From a bacterium (lineage in GTDB: Bacteria; Zhuqueibacterota; Zhuqueibacteria; Zhuqueibacterales; Zhuqueibacteraceae), in contig JBIOXB010000215.1 of NCBI GenBank assembly GCA_044869275.1, positions 1 through 35,389 of the forward strand: a stretch of DNA of 35,389 nucleotides, written 5' to 3'. Shown here piece by piece: positions 17,894-28,268 of this stretch (position 1 is its first letter; every line of letters starts with the position of its first letter). The notes below the pieces were generated by a model that ran no database searches, was not told where the DNA came from, and saw nothing but the letters and a program-made list of their open reading frames with translations. The position numbers and the translations under genes were made by a program.

Positions 17894-17921
17894 AATATAG
17901 CATAAAAAGCTGAAAATCCAA
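17894..17921 (-). promoter_or_regulatory. Putative sigma70 promoter for the leader-patA transcript
   Basis: Minus strand TTGGAT-16 nt-TATATT with an extended -10 (TGcTATATT). Confidence 0.5.
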
Positions 17922-18145
17922 GGGGCAAGAGTTTTTCTTTTTAAATAAGCGAAACGGGCTGGACTGGCGGTCACCTGGCAACTCCTGGAAATTCCCAACC
18001 TGGAAAGCCCTGCACTCGGCTGGAGGGTCCAAAACTGAAACTCACACAAAAGTGCACGCTAAGGGGCGAGGCGGCTAAATCATTGGAATGCAAAGACCGG
18101 CGTTTTCTCTGTAACACTGCTGCGTTAGGCGAAATGACTCACTTT

Positions 18146-19387
18146 TCAATAAAGAGCCAAACTGGCATATGAAACCACGGACTTCGCATCGTCAACCAAA
18201 CCCTGTTCATACTTTAACAGCTTGCCTTTTTTCGCGGTCGTGGCTGCGAGCAAAGTATGAATCGGCGCAAAACCGCACACGCGATAGCGATCGTGCATTC
18301 GTTCCATGGTTTCGACGAACTGCGAGGAATCGATCGCCGTGATGGCTTGCAGCAACTGGTGATCGGCAGTGTTCACACCCTGCAAAAACGCCGCATCCGG
18401 CGTTTCGTCTTCGCCGTAACGCGGGCCGACATGCGACAAATCGACGCTCGCAATCAAGCAAACGCGCTGCCTTCGCACCGCAAACGCAGCGCAGGTTTCG
18501 CGCAGAGCTTTGATGAAGGCCACGATGATATTATGCTCGCGCTCGAAATGCGCCTCGGTGAGCATGAGGTAAGCATACGAACAAAGAATAGGCACAATGG
18601 TGAAATCCCTCCGCCCGCCCAAAAGATGCTGTAGAAATACGGTTTGAAATTCGATCGTGTGTTCGGTGCGATGCGGCAGCGGCTCGGAATACAGCTCATA
18701 GGGATGGCGGCGCGCCAGCTCCGCCATGAATTCCGCATGGTGCTTGACCGTGCCCAACGGCGTTGCAAAATCCTGTTTCAAACCAGAGTAGCAATTGACC
18801 AAGCCGCCATGCCCGGTTCCCAGGATGACATAGATGTCGGCGGGTGTGTCGTTCGCGAGGGCGCGATAGGCATACGTGTAACAAGCTCCGCCCACGCGCA
18901 GATCGATGTGCGGTGCAATCAACCCCTTCACTTGCGCCACACCATTGGCCGGGATCTCCAGTGCCGGCAGCCCGGCGCCAGCTTGGTAAAAAGAATTCAG
19001 ACGCTCCCGCAGAGCATCCGGCTCGGAAGGATAGCTCGCGCCGGCATGTGCCGCGGGACGCACAGCTTGCGCGAGCACCTGGCTTTCCAAGCCGCGCTTG
19101 TAATCTTGAAAAGCCTCACTTTCCAAAAAATGCGCCTTCTCGAGCGCGGTGATCAAGTCCTGCAGCTTGCGCTCCGGCAATAACGTCCCGAGCGCTTTGA
19201 GAAACTCCGCACGAATTTCTTGCCGCGAATGCTTGCCGTCAAAATATTGCAGGATGAAGAGCGCTTCGCCGGAAACGACGATCATGTCTTCGGCCAAGCC
19301 CGAGGGATCACGCAAGAGGTAACGCCGATCGCTTTCGTGATCCAAAGGAATGGCTTCAACAAATCTGAGTTTGGGGTATTCGTTCAT
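18146..19387 (-). CDS. amrB: AmmeMemoRadiSam system protein B (MEMO1 family) with N-terminal extension
   Basis: RPAAHAGASYP, IAPHID, ILGTGH, HRTEHTIEFQ, ASVDLSHVG and VCGFAPI motifs. ATG 19387 overlaps the ygfZ stop (ATGA). Confidence 0.85.
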   Translation of the reverse strand: MNEYPKLRFVEAIPLDHESDRRYLLRDPSGLAEDMIVVSGEALFILQYFDGKHSRQEIRAEFLKALGTLLPERKLQDLITALEKAHFLESEAFQDYKRGLESQVLAQAVRPAAHAGASYPSEPDALRERLNSFYQAGAGLPALEIPANGVAQVKGLIAPHIDLRVGGACYTYAYRALANDTPADIYVILGTGHGGLVNCYSGLKQDFATPLGTVKHHAEFMAELARRHPYELYSEPLPHRTEHTIEFQTVFLQHLLGGRRDFTIVPILCSYAYLMLTEAHFEREHNIIVAFIKALRETCAAFAVRRQRVCLIASVDLSHVGPRYGEDETPDAAFLQGVNTADHQLLQAITAIDSSQFVETMERMHDRYRVCGFAPIHTLLAATTAKKGKLLKYEQGLVDDAKSVVSYASLALY

Positions 19388-20463
19388 GCGTCGAGAGAGA
19401 AAGGAATGTCGAGAGCGAAAGGAATATGGACAAGTTCGGCCGGGTAGGTCCTGTGTTCCCGGTGCAACTCCACGGCGAGATTCGGTTGCGCGAAAGTCTT
19501 GCGCACGACCGCCAATCCGATTGTGCCCTGGCCCTGTGGCGCAGGCGCAACGCTCGTGAGCTTGCCGGCTTCCTGGTCTTGTCGCCAAACAGTGGCGCCA
19601 GTGAGCAGGCTCGCCTCGGTTTCAGATTTAACACCAAACAACTGCCTCTGCACCTTTTGATAACTATCAAGCCGCGCAATGACCTCTTGGCCAATGTAAC
19701 AGCCTTTGTCAAAGTTGATGAAGGGATATAGACCGATTTCATGCGGATTGTATTCTTCGACGATTTCGTGACCAGCGGCGGGAATGCCGTGTGCAATCCG
19801 CAGGGTTTCATAGGTGGAAAAACCCAAAGGGGCGAATTCAGAAAGCAGCGCTTGCCAGAGCGCCGGCATGTTTTCATGCGCAACGATCAAATTGAATCGC
19901 GCCGGGTTCGCCGCTTGCGGTTGATGCACAATCGTCTCCGTAGTTTGCCAGGATGTTTTGATAAACTGGCCGGCGGAAATTTTCCCCAGCTCGATTCCCA
20001 AAGCGGTTTCCAATTTTGCCGAGCTCTCTTTGCCGAACAGGCTGATCATGCCGAGTGCCGCGGTGAGATCTGTGGATTTGACTTCTTCGAGGAAAGTATA
20101 TTTTTCAATCCACTTCTGCAGGGTAACCGCATGCCCGGGACTGGCCAACAACAAATAGCTTTCTTCCTCTGCCAGCATTTCCACACGGTCGAGAACGCGG
20201 CCCTTGGCATTGGCGAAAATGTTGACGCGCGTCTGCCCCGTTTTCAAGTTGCGCATTTCGTTGGCGGTCAAGCGATGCAGCAAGGACTCACGATCTTTGC
20301 CGGTCACTCGCAGCTTGCCGAAAAAGCTGGAGTCCATCATCGCGGCGGTTTGCGCTGCTTTATATTCTTGCTTGGGCGCGGCATAACGCAAAGGAATGGC
20401 ATAACCAAAGAGATCGAGCAAATGTTTGGCGTGGCGGCTGTGGTATTCGTGTAAGGGAGACAT
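19384..20463 (-). CDS. ygfZ: YgfZ/GcvT-like folate-binding protein (Fe-S cluster maturation)
   Basis: Signature KGCYIGQE and GcvT-fold N-terminus (GKLRVTGKDRESLLHRL). Start is ATG 20463 or TTG 20475. Confidence 0.88.
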   Translation of the reverse strand: MSPLHEYHSRHAKHLLDLFGYAIPLRYAAPKQEYKAAQTAAMMDSSFFGKLRVTGKDRESLLHRLTANEMRNLKTGQTRVNIFANAKGRVLDRVEMLAEEESYLLLASPGHAVTLQKWIEKYTFLEEVKSTDLTAALGMISLFGKESSAKLETALGIELGKISAGQFIKTSWQTTETIVHQPQAANPARFNLIVAHENMPALWQALLSEFAPLGFSTYETLRIAHGIPAAGHEIVEEYNPHEIGLYPFINFDKGCYIGQEVIARLDSYQKVQRQLFGVKSETEASLLTGATVWRQDQEAGKLTSVAPAPQGQGTIGLAVVRKTFAQPNLAVELHREHRTYPAELVHIPFALDIPFSLDA

Positions 20464-20572
20464 GATGAAAGTCAAGCGGCAGTTTCAATCCATTTGCGAG
20501 ATGATGCGTGGCCCCTCGCCGAGGTACAGCTTAAAAAGTGACTAATAGCCAAGGTCTTTTGGCAATATTCCT

Positions 20573-20760
20573 TCAAGCAGCAACCGAATAAGGTTGAATA
20601 AGAACTTCTGCGGTAATGCCAAGTCCGGTATGCAGCCGTCGTATCATGTCTATGGTCAAGGTGCGTTTACGATTCAACACTTCAGCAACCGTTGTATTAT
20701 TTCCAATATGCAGTTCCAAATCGTGAGGAGACAAACCGCGGCTTTCCTTGAGATGATTTG
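20573..20760 (-). pseudogene. Truncated HigA-like HTH antitoxin (C-terminal Cro/C1 HTH only)
   Basis: ESRGLSPHDLELHIGNNTTVAEVLNRKRTLTIDMIRRLHTGLGITAEVLIQPY matches the HigA HTH pattern. The N-terminal half is replaced by a repeat element and there is no higB neighbour. Confidence 0.7.
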
Positions 20761-20788
20761 CACGTTGATGATACTCAGTGAAAAGGCA

Positions 20789-20890
20789 TAACCCGGCCAA
20801 GCCGGAAACGAAAAACTCAAAACACAAAGCCCAAGGTGGTATTGAATTTTGAGCTTAGGATTTTGGATTTCTTTGCTCAAAAATCACTGA
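20789..20890. repeat. Palindromic element with 7-nt period, preceded by a ccggccaagccgg mini-hairpin
   Basis: aaacgaa|aaactca|aaacaca|aagccca versus ttgaatt|ttgagct|taggatt|ttggatt. Confidence 0.65.
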
Positions 20891-21077
20891 TTTCATTTGT
20901 AATGGAATAGAGTGTGACTCCTCTGATTCAAATATATCAAAAATTTTGAATGATGCAAGAATTGTTCTGAAGGCAAATACCGGCAGCATGCGGCTTGCAA
21001 TTGTCGCCGCGTGCGCGTACCTTCTGTTCGCTCGTATGGAGAATTATGCTTGGCCCAATCGGAGCTGTGAGAAAGAA

Positions 21078-24000
21078 ATGATCTGCCCGAATTGCAAATT
21101 CAACAATCCCGAAAATTTCAAATATTGCGGCCAGTGCGGCACGCCGCTGCTTGCTTCACTCCCGGAGCGAGAAATTGCAAGCGCGGTTTTGTCCGCCCCA
21201 GCCTCCCGCCCCGAAGCTAAGCTCGAGACCGAAGAAGCCGAACGCCGCCAGCTCACGGTCATGTTTTGTGATCTGGTCGGTTCGACCGCGCTGTCCTCGC
21301 GCCTCGATCCCGAAGATTTGCGCCATATCTTGCGCGCGTATCACGAAACCTGCGGCCGCATCATTCATTTGTACGACGGTTATATCGCGCAATATCTCGG
21401 CGACGGCATCCTCATTTATTTCGGCTATCCGCGTGCGCACGAAGACGACGCACAGCGCGCGGTGCGCACCGGCTTGGAAATCATCGATGAAATCACCCTG
21501 CTCAATACTCGCCTGCAGGCGCAATACGGCGTGAAAGTGGATGTGCGCATCGGCATTCATACCGGCTTGGTGGTGGTGGGCGCGATGGGCAATGACGAAA
21601 AACGCGAGGCGCTGGCCTTGGGTGAAACTCCCAATTTGGCGGCGCGCTTGCAGAGCTTGGCGGCGCCGAACACCGTTATCATCAGCGCCTCCACCTATCG
21701 CCTAGTGCACGGCTTTTTTGATTGTGATGACGCCGGCGCGCATCAGATGAAGGGCGTGGCGCAAGCCCTGCAATGCTATCGTGTCTTGCGCCGCACCGGA
21801 GTACAGAGCCGGCTCGACGCCATGGCGCGTTCCAGTCTGACGCCTTTAATCGGCAAAACGCTGGAAATTAATCAGCTCATGCAATGCTGGGAGAAAGTAC
21901 TACACGGACAAGGACGGGCGGCCTTGCTGCAAGGCGAAGCCGGCATCGGTAAATCACGGCTGACGCGCGCGCTGCGAGAACAAGTGGGCGAGGCGGCGGA
22001 GATTTGGGAATGCCACGGTTCGCCTTATCATCAAAACAGCGCGCTTCACCCGTTGGTCGATTTACTGCAGCGTCTGCTCAATTTCCAGCGCGACGAGGCT
22101 CCGGACAGAAAGCTGCAAAAACTGGAAGGCCTTTTTACCGAGGTGGGCTTGAAGCCCGAGGCGCTGGTGCCGGCGTTTGCCGTGCTGCTTTCACTGCCGG
22201 GGAGCGAAGGCCATGCCGCGCGTGCGCCCGAGCGCGAAAAACAAAAACTGTTTTTGAGTTTCTGCAATTTCATGTTCCGCAAGAGCTGCCTGCGGCCAAT
22301 TTTGTTGATCATGGAAGATTTGCATTGGGCCGATGCTTCCACGCTGGAGTTTCTCGGCTTGCTGCTGGAAAAATGCACCACGGCGCGCGTCTTTGTGCTG
22401 ATGACGGCGCGCCCGATTTTCCAGCCTGCGTGGCGCGCTTTTCCACATTATCAACAAATCAATCTGAATCGCTTGAATGCGGAAGAAGTGCGGCAGATGC
22501 TCGTCGATTTGACCCATGAAAAAAGACTGCCAGAAGAAGTGGCCATGCAGATCGTTGCGAAAACCGATGGCGTGCCGCTGTTCGTGGAAGAGTTGACGAA
22601 AATGATTTTGGAATCGAGTTACGTGGTGGAGCACGGCGACCATTATGAAATGGCCGGGCCTTTGCCTGCCATTTCGATTCCCACCACGCTGCAGGATTCC
22701 TTGATGGCGCGCCTGGACCGCCTGGCCGCGGTAAAAGAAGTGGCGCAGGTTGCCGCCACCATTGGCCGTGAATTCAGCTTCGAATTGCTGCGCGCGGTCT
22801 GGCCGCAGGATGAAAACACGCTGCGCTCGGCTTTGGCGAGATTGCTCAAAGCCGAGCTCCTTTTGCAGCAGGGCGCACACCCATACGAAACGTACAGCTT
22901 CAAGCACGCCTTGATTCAAGACGCGGCCTATGAATCGCTGTTGAAAAGCAAGCGCCAGTTCTATCATTACCGCATTGCCCAGGTGTTGACGCAGCAGTTT
23001 CTCAATTCCGTCATGAGCCAGCCGGAATTGATGGCGCATCATTATACTGAAGGCGGCATGGCGGAGACGGCCCTCGTGTATTGGCTGTGGGCAGGGCAGC
23101 AGGCGATCACGAAATCGGCCCATGTCGAAGCCGCCGGTCATTTGCGCAAAGGGTTGTCCTTGCTGCCTCAGGTTGCCGCTTCGGCGCTGCGCGATCAGCA
23201 GGAGCTGGGTTTGTTGAGCGCGTTGGGTGTGACGCTGGTGGCTTTGCGCGGCTACGCTGCCCCGGAAGTGGAGCAAACCTATGCGCGCGCGTGGCAGCTT
23301 TGCGAACAACTGCAAGATACGATGCACAGCCTGCCCGTGCTGTTGGGGTTATGGCAATCGGCGCTGCTGCGCACGGATTTGCAGGCGGCGCTCGATCTGG
23401 CCGGCAAGCTCATGCGGCTGGCGCGGCACTCCGGCGATGAAACCGCACTCCTGTCGGCGCATCTGGCCTCAGGAATTTCACTTTTCTACCGCGGCGATCT
23501 GAGCTCGGCACGTGAACAATTGGAATACGCCCGGCTGCTTTATCGACCCGAACATCTGAGTTTGGATGCTTCCATGTTCGGCCAAGACCCGGGCGTGGTC
23601 GGTTTGGTTTTCCTGGCCAATGTGCTTTGGTTCTTGGGCTATCCCGAACAAGCTTGGGAAAAGATGAAGCTGGCCCTGCCTCTGGCCGAATCGCTCGATC
23701 ACCAATTCACTCGCGCCTTTGCTCTCAGCTTTACCTGCGAAATGCTGATATTGCTCGGCGAAATTTCCGCTGCGGAAAAGCAAGTCAATGCCCTGCTGGC
23801 GCTGGCGCGGGAGCAGAACTTTGCGTTTTGGCTGGCCAGTGGCACCTCTTTTAAAGGCCGGATTCTTCTGATGAAGGCCCGGATTCCGGAGGGGATCGCC
23901 TACATCGAAAAAGCCGTGGCCCTATTCCGCAACACCGGCTCCACCCTGGGCCGCGCCGGCGCGCTGGCCTATTTGGCGGAAGAGTATTGCAAGATTGGAA

Positions 24001-24350
24001 AAATTGAGACCGGCCTCGCGTTGTGGGAAGAAGCGCAGGCACATTTGCTGCAAAACGAGGAAGATGCCCACCGCGCCGAGCTCTTACGCGTGCGTGGAGA
24101 GATCTTGTCGGCGCAACAACGCCTGGCAGAAGCGGAAGCGGCATTTCAACAAGCGCTGGACTGCGCCCGCGCGCAATCCGCCCAAGCTTGGGAATTGCGC
24201 GCGGCCATGGCGTTGAGCCGTCTCTGGCTGAAGCAAGGCCAAAGCCAGCGGGCCCGCACGCTGCTGACGGAGGTTTACGACCGCTTCACGGAGGGATTTG
24301 AAACAAAAGATCTGCAGGAGGCGAAGGCTTTGCTGCAGCAGCTGCAGTAA
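21078..24350 (+). CDS. Zinc-ribbon + class III nucleotidyl cyclase + AAA/STAND ATPase + TPR protein
   Basis: CPNC...CGQCG; cyclase motifs FCDLVGST, YLGDG, RIGIHTG and NLAARLQ; Walker A GEAGIGKS; Walker B IMEDLHWAD; GVPLFVEE; FKHALIQDAAYESL; TPR tail ending FTEGFETKDL. ATG at 21078. Confidence 0.9.
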   Translation: MICPNCKFNNPENFKYCGQCGTPLLASLPEREIASAVLSAPASRPEAKLETEEAERRQLTVMFCDLVGSTALSSRLDPEDLRHILRAYHETCGRIIHLYDGYIAQYLGDGILIYFGYPRAHEDDAQRAVRTGLEIIDEITLLNTRLQAQYGVKVDVRIGIHTGLVVVGAMGNDEKREALALGETPNLAARLQSLAAPNTVIISASTYRLVHGFFDCDDAGAHQMKGVAQALQCYRVLRRTGVQSRLDAMARSSLTPLIGKTLEINQLMQCWEKVLHGQGRAALLQGEAGIGKSRLTRALREQVGEAAEIWECHGSPYHQNSALHPLVDLLQRLLNFQRDEAPDRKLQKLEGLFTEVGLKPEALVPAFAVLLSLPGSEGHAARAPEREKQKLFLSFCNFMFRKSCLRPILLIMEDLHWADASTLEFLGLLLEKCTTARVFVLMTARPIFQPAWRAFPHYQQINLNRLNAEEVRQMLVDLTHEKRLPEEVAMQIVAKTDGVPLFVEELTKMILESSYVVEHGDHYEMAGPLPAISIPTTLQDSLMARLDRLAAVKEVAQVAATIGREFSFELLRAVWPQDENTLRSALARLLKAELLLQQGAHPYETYSFKHALIQDAAYESLLKSKRQFYHYRIAQVLTQQFLNSVMSQPELMAHHYTEGGMAETALVYWLWAGQQAITKSAHVEAAGHLRKGLSLLPQVAASALRDQQELGLLSALGVTLVALRGYAAPEVEQTYARAWQLCEQLQDTMHSLPVLLGLWQSALLRTDLQAALDLAGKLMRLARHSGDETALLSAHLASGISLFYRGDLSSAREQLEYARLLYRPEHLSLDASMFGQDPGVVGLVFLANVLWFLGYPEQAWEKMKLALPLAESLDHQFTRAFALSFTCEMLILLGEISAAEKQVNALLALAREQNFAFWLASGTSFKGRILLMKARIPEGIAYIEKAVALFRNTGSTLGRAGALAYLAEEYCKIGKIETGLALWEEAQAHLLQNEEDAHRAELLRVRGEILSAQQRLAEAEAAFQQALDCARAQSAQAWELRAAMALSRLWLKQGQSQRARTLLTEVYDRFTEGFETKDLQEAKALLQQLQ

Positions 24351-24383
24351 GGCAGAAATGCGGCCCACAGAGCAAGTTTTTCG

Positions 24384-24414
24384 CCCACGGAAATCGAACC
24401 CCACGGAATCGAAC
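24384..24414. repeat. Short tandem duplication
   Basis: cccacggaaatcgaac|cccacggaatcgaac. Confidence 0.6.
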
Positions 24415-24453
24415 TCAAGAAATACTTCCGTATTTACAACTTCATAAGCAAGA

Positions 24454-24597
24454 TTACTTCTTTTCCGCCTTATCCGCAGCCTTCTTTGGCCGCGGTGTGG
24501 GCGGTGGCGGCGGGTGGAAAGGCATGGGCCGGTTTTGTTTTTGTTTGCGGCGTATCATGTCGGCCATGTTCTTTTGTCGATTGTGTGTTCCGCGCAT
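24454..24597 (-). CDS. Putative 47-aa basic, polyproline small protein
   Basis: Manual translation MRGTHNRQKNMADMIRRKQKQNRPMPFHPPPPPTPRPKKAADKAEKK*. Strong RBS gaagggag 6 nt before the ATG. Below the ORF-track length cutoff. Confidence 0.6.
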   Translation of the reverse strand: MRGTHNRQKNMADMIRRKQKQNRPMPFHPPPPPTPRPKKAADKAEKK

Positions 24598-24633
24598 AGC
24601 GATCTCCCTTCCAGTTTAACATGCTCTCCAATG

Positions 24634-24673
24634 AAAAAAACCTCCCAGGCCTCTGCAGACCTGAAAGGTTTTT
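24634..24673 (-). terminator. Hairpin with U-tract downstream of lon (REP-like; putative intrinsic terminator)
   Basis: aaaaacct-cc-cagg...cctg-aa-aggttttt inverted repeat; on the minus strand it ends in a T7 run. Confidence 0.55.
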
Positions 24674-24679
24674 GACAAC

Positions 24680-27103
<2,424 letters not shown>

Positions 27104-27144
27104 TGAGTTATTCCTGATTGGAAACCAGCTTTTACATCAAAAAA

Positions 27145-27303
27145 GTTTGATGATCATCAAACATCAAAAGTCATGCCAGGCAAAATCTTACTTCTTTTAA
27201 TCTAAACTCCAAAAAAGCCCAAAGGTTTCATTACAATTGTCACCTGCATCCCATATTTTGGCAGTATTGCGAAATCATGGCATGGAATTCGGCATTTTGG
27301 CAG
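27145..27303 (-). promoter_or_regulatory. lon upstream region: sigma54-like -24/-12 element, 18-bp perfect palindrome and upstream direct repeats
   Basis: Minus strand TGGCATGACTTTTGA (27178-27164); palindrome gtttgatgatcatcaaac (27145-27162); attttggcag repeated at 27255-27264 and 27294-27303. Confidence 0.5.
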
Positions 27304-27328
27304 ACAAGCACAAAATCGCAGATTTCGC

Positions 27329-28201
27329 TCAAAAAGACTTTCCGTCCAGGTAACTCGCCAAGTCAGCAGCCATTTCTTCCAAAAACTTTCGATCATTTTG
27401 CCAGAATGCCTCAGGCGTGTGGCTGTCGATATCGATCTCGCCGTACACACGCCGGCCTTGAATGGGCACGACGATTTCGGATTTGGTTTCAATGCTGCAC
27501 GCGAGATAGCGGGGATCGGCAGTCACGTCGGACACGATAATGGTTTGTTGTTCCGCGACGGCTGCGCCGCAAATCCCTTGACCAATGGGAATGCGCGTGT
27601 GCGGCGTGGGTGCCCCAAGATAATTGTGCACGACCAGCTCGTTGCCTTCAACCAAATAAACTCCCACCCAATCATACTTTGGAAAGTCACGTTTGAGCAT
27701 CTGCACGCAGGCGCGATAAGCGTCGTTGGCTGCAGGCTGCGTTTCCAACAAATCATGCAACTCCCGGCAAGCCAGGCGGCCAAGAACCACTTCCACGCCG
27801 CGGCGATAGCTTTCGATTCCCAATCCGGAAATTTGATCGAGGCAAACTTCGCGCACGACGGAAATCGCGCGGAAACTTTCGCGGTGATGGAGGTCGGACA
27901 GGTGCACCTCCACGGCCGGCAGAGGGATGGCGGCAATCGCATCGCGCAGGGCATAACTATAATGTGTCAGCGCACCCGGATTGATGACAAGACCACTGGC
28001 CGCGTGCCGCTGCTCATGCAGAAAATCCAGGATTGCGCCTTCATGGTTGGATTGAAAACAGAGGGCCTCGGCATGTGCTTGCGACACAAAGCGCTGCAAC
28101 TCTGCGTTTAGTTGCGCCAGGGTGGTACGGCCGTAGATTTCCGGCTCGCGCTCGCCCAGCAGATTGAGATTCGGGCCGTGAACAATCAGGAGGCGTCGCA
28201 T
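27329..28201 (-). CDS. aroQ: Type II 3-dehydroquinate dehydratase fused to a C-terminal GAF (fRMsr/MsrC-like) domain
   Basis: HGPNLNLLGEREPEIYG, QSNHEG, INPGALTHYS and EVHLS, continuing in frame into YDWVGVYL...RIPIGQGICG...DPRYLACS...SEIVVPI...GEIDIDS. ATG 28201 follows gaggga. Confidence 0.9.
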   Translation of the reverse strand: MRRLLIVHGPNLNLLGEREPEIYGRTTLAQLNAELQRFVSQAHAEALCFQSNHEGAILDFLHEQRHAASGLVINPGALTHYSYALRDAIAAIPLPAVEVHLSDLHHRESFRAISVVREVCLDQISGLGIESYRRGVEVVLGRLACRELHDLLETQPAANDAYRACVQMLKRDFPKYDWVGVYLVEGNELVVHNYLGAPTPHTRIPIGQGICGAAVAEQQTIIVSDVTADPRYLACSIETKSEIVVPIQGRRVYGEIDIDSHTPEAFWQNDRKFLEEMAADLASYLDGKSF

Positions 28202-28268
28202 GTCATATTCCCTCAACCGCATGCGGCGAGACGCATTGGCCTCGGCGCTGCGCGCTGGAAACTTTCGA

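Noticed and set aside
17940..18145. Short repeats (cctggcaa/cctggaaa) and a weak inverted pair in the amrB-patA intergenic region
   Set aside because: Too short and degenerate to define an element or RNA structure by eye.
22191..23327. 378-aa minus-strand ORF
   Set aside because: Antisense shadow of the cyclase-ATPase-TPR gene.
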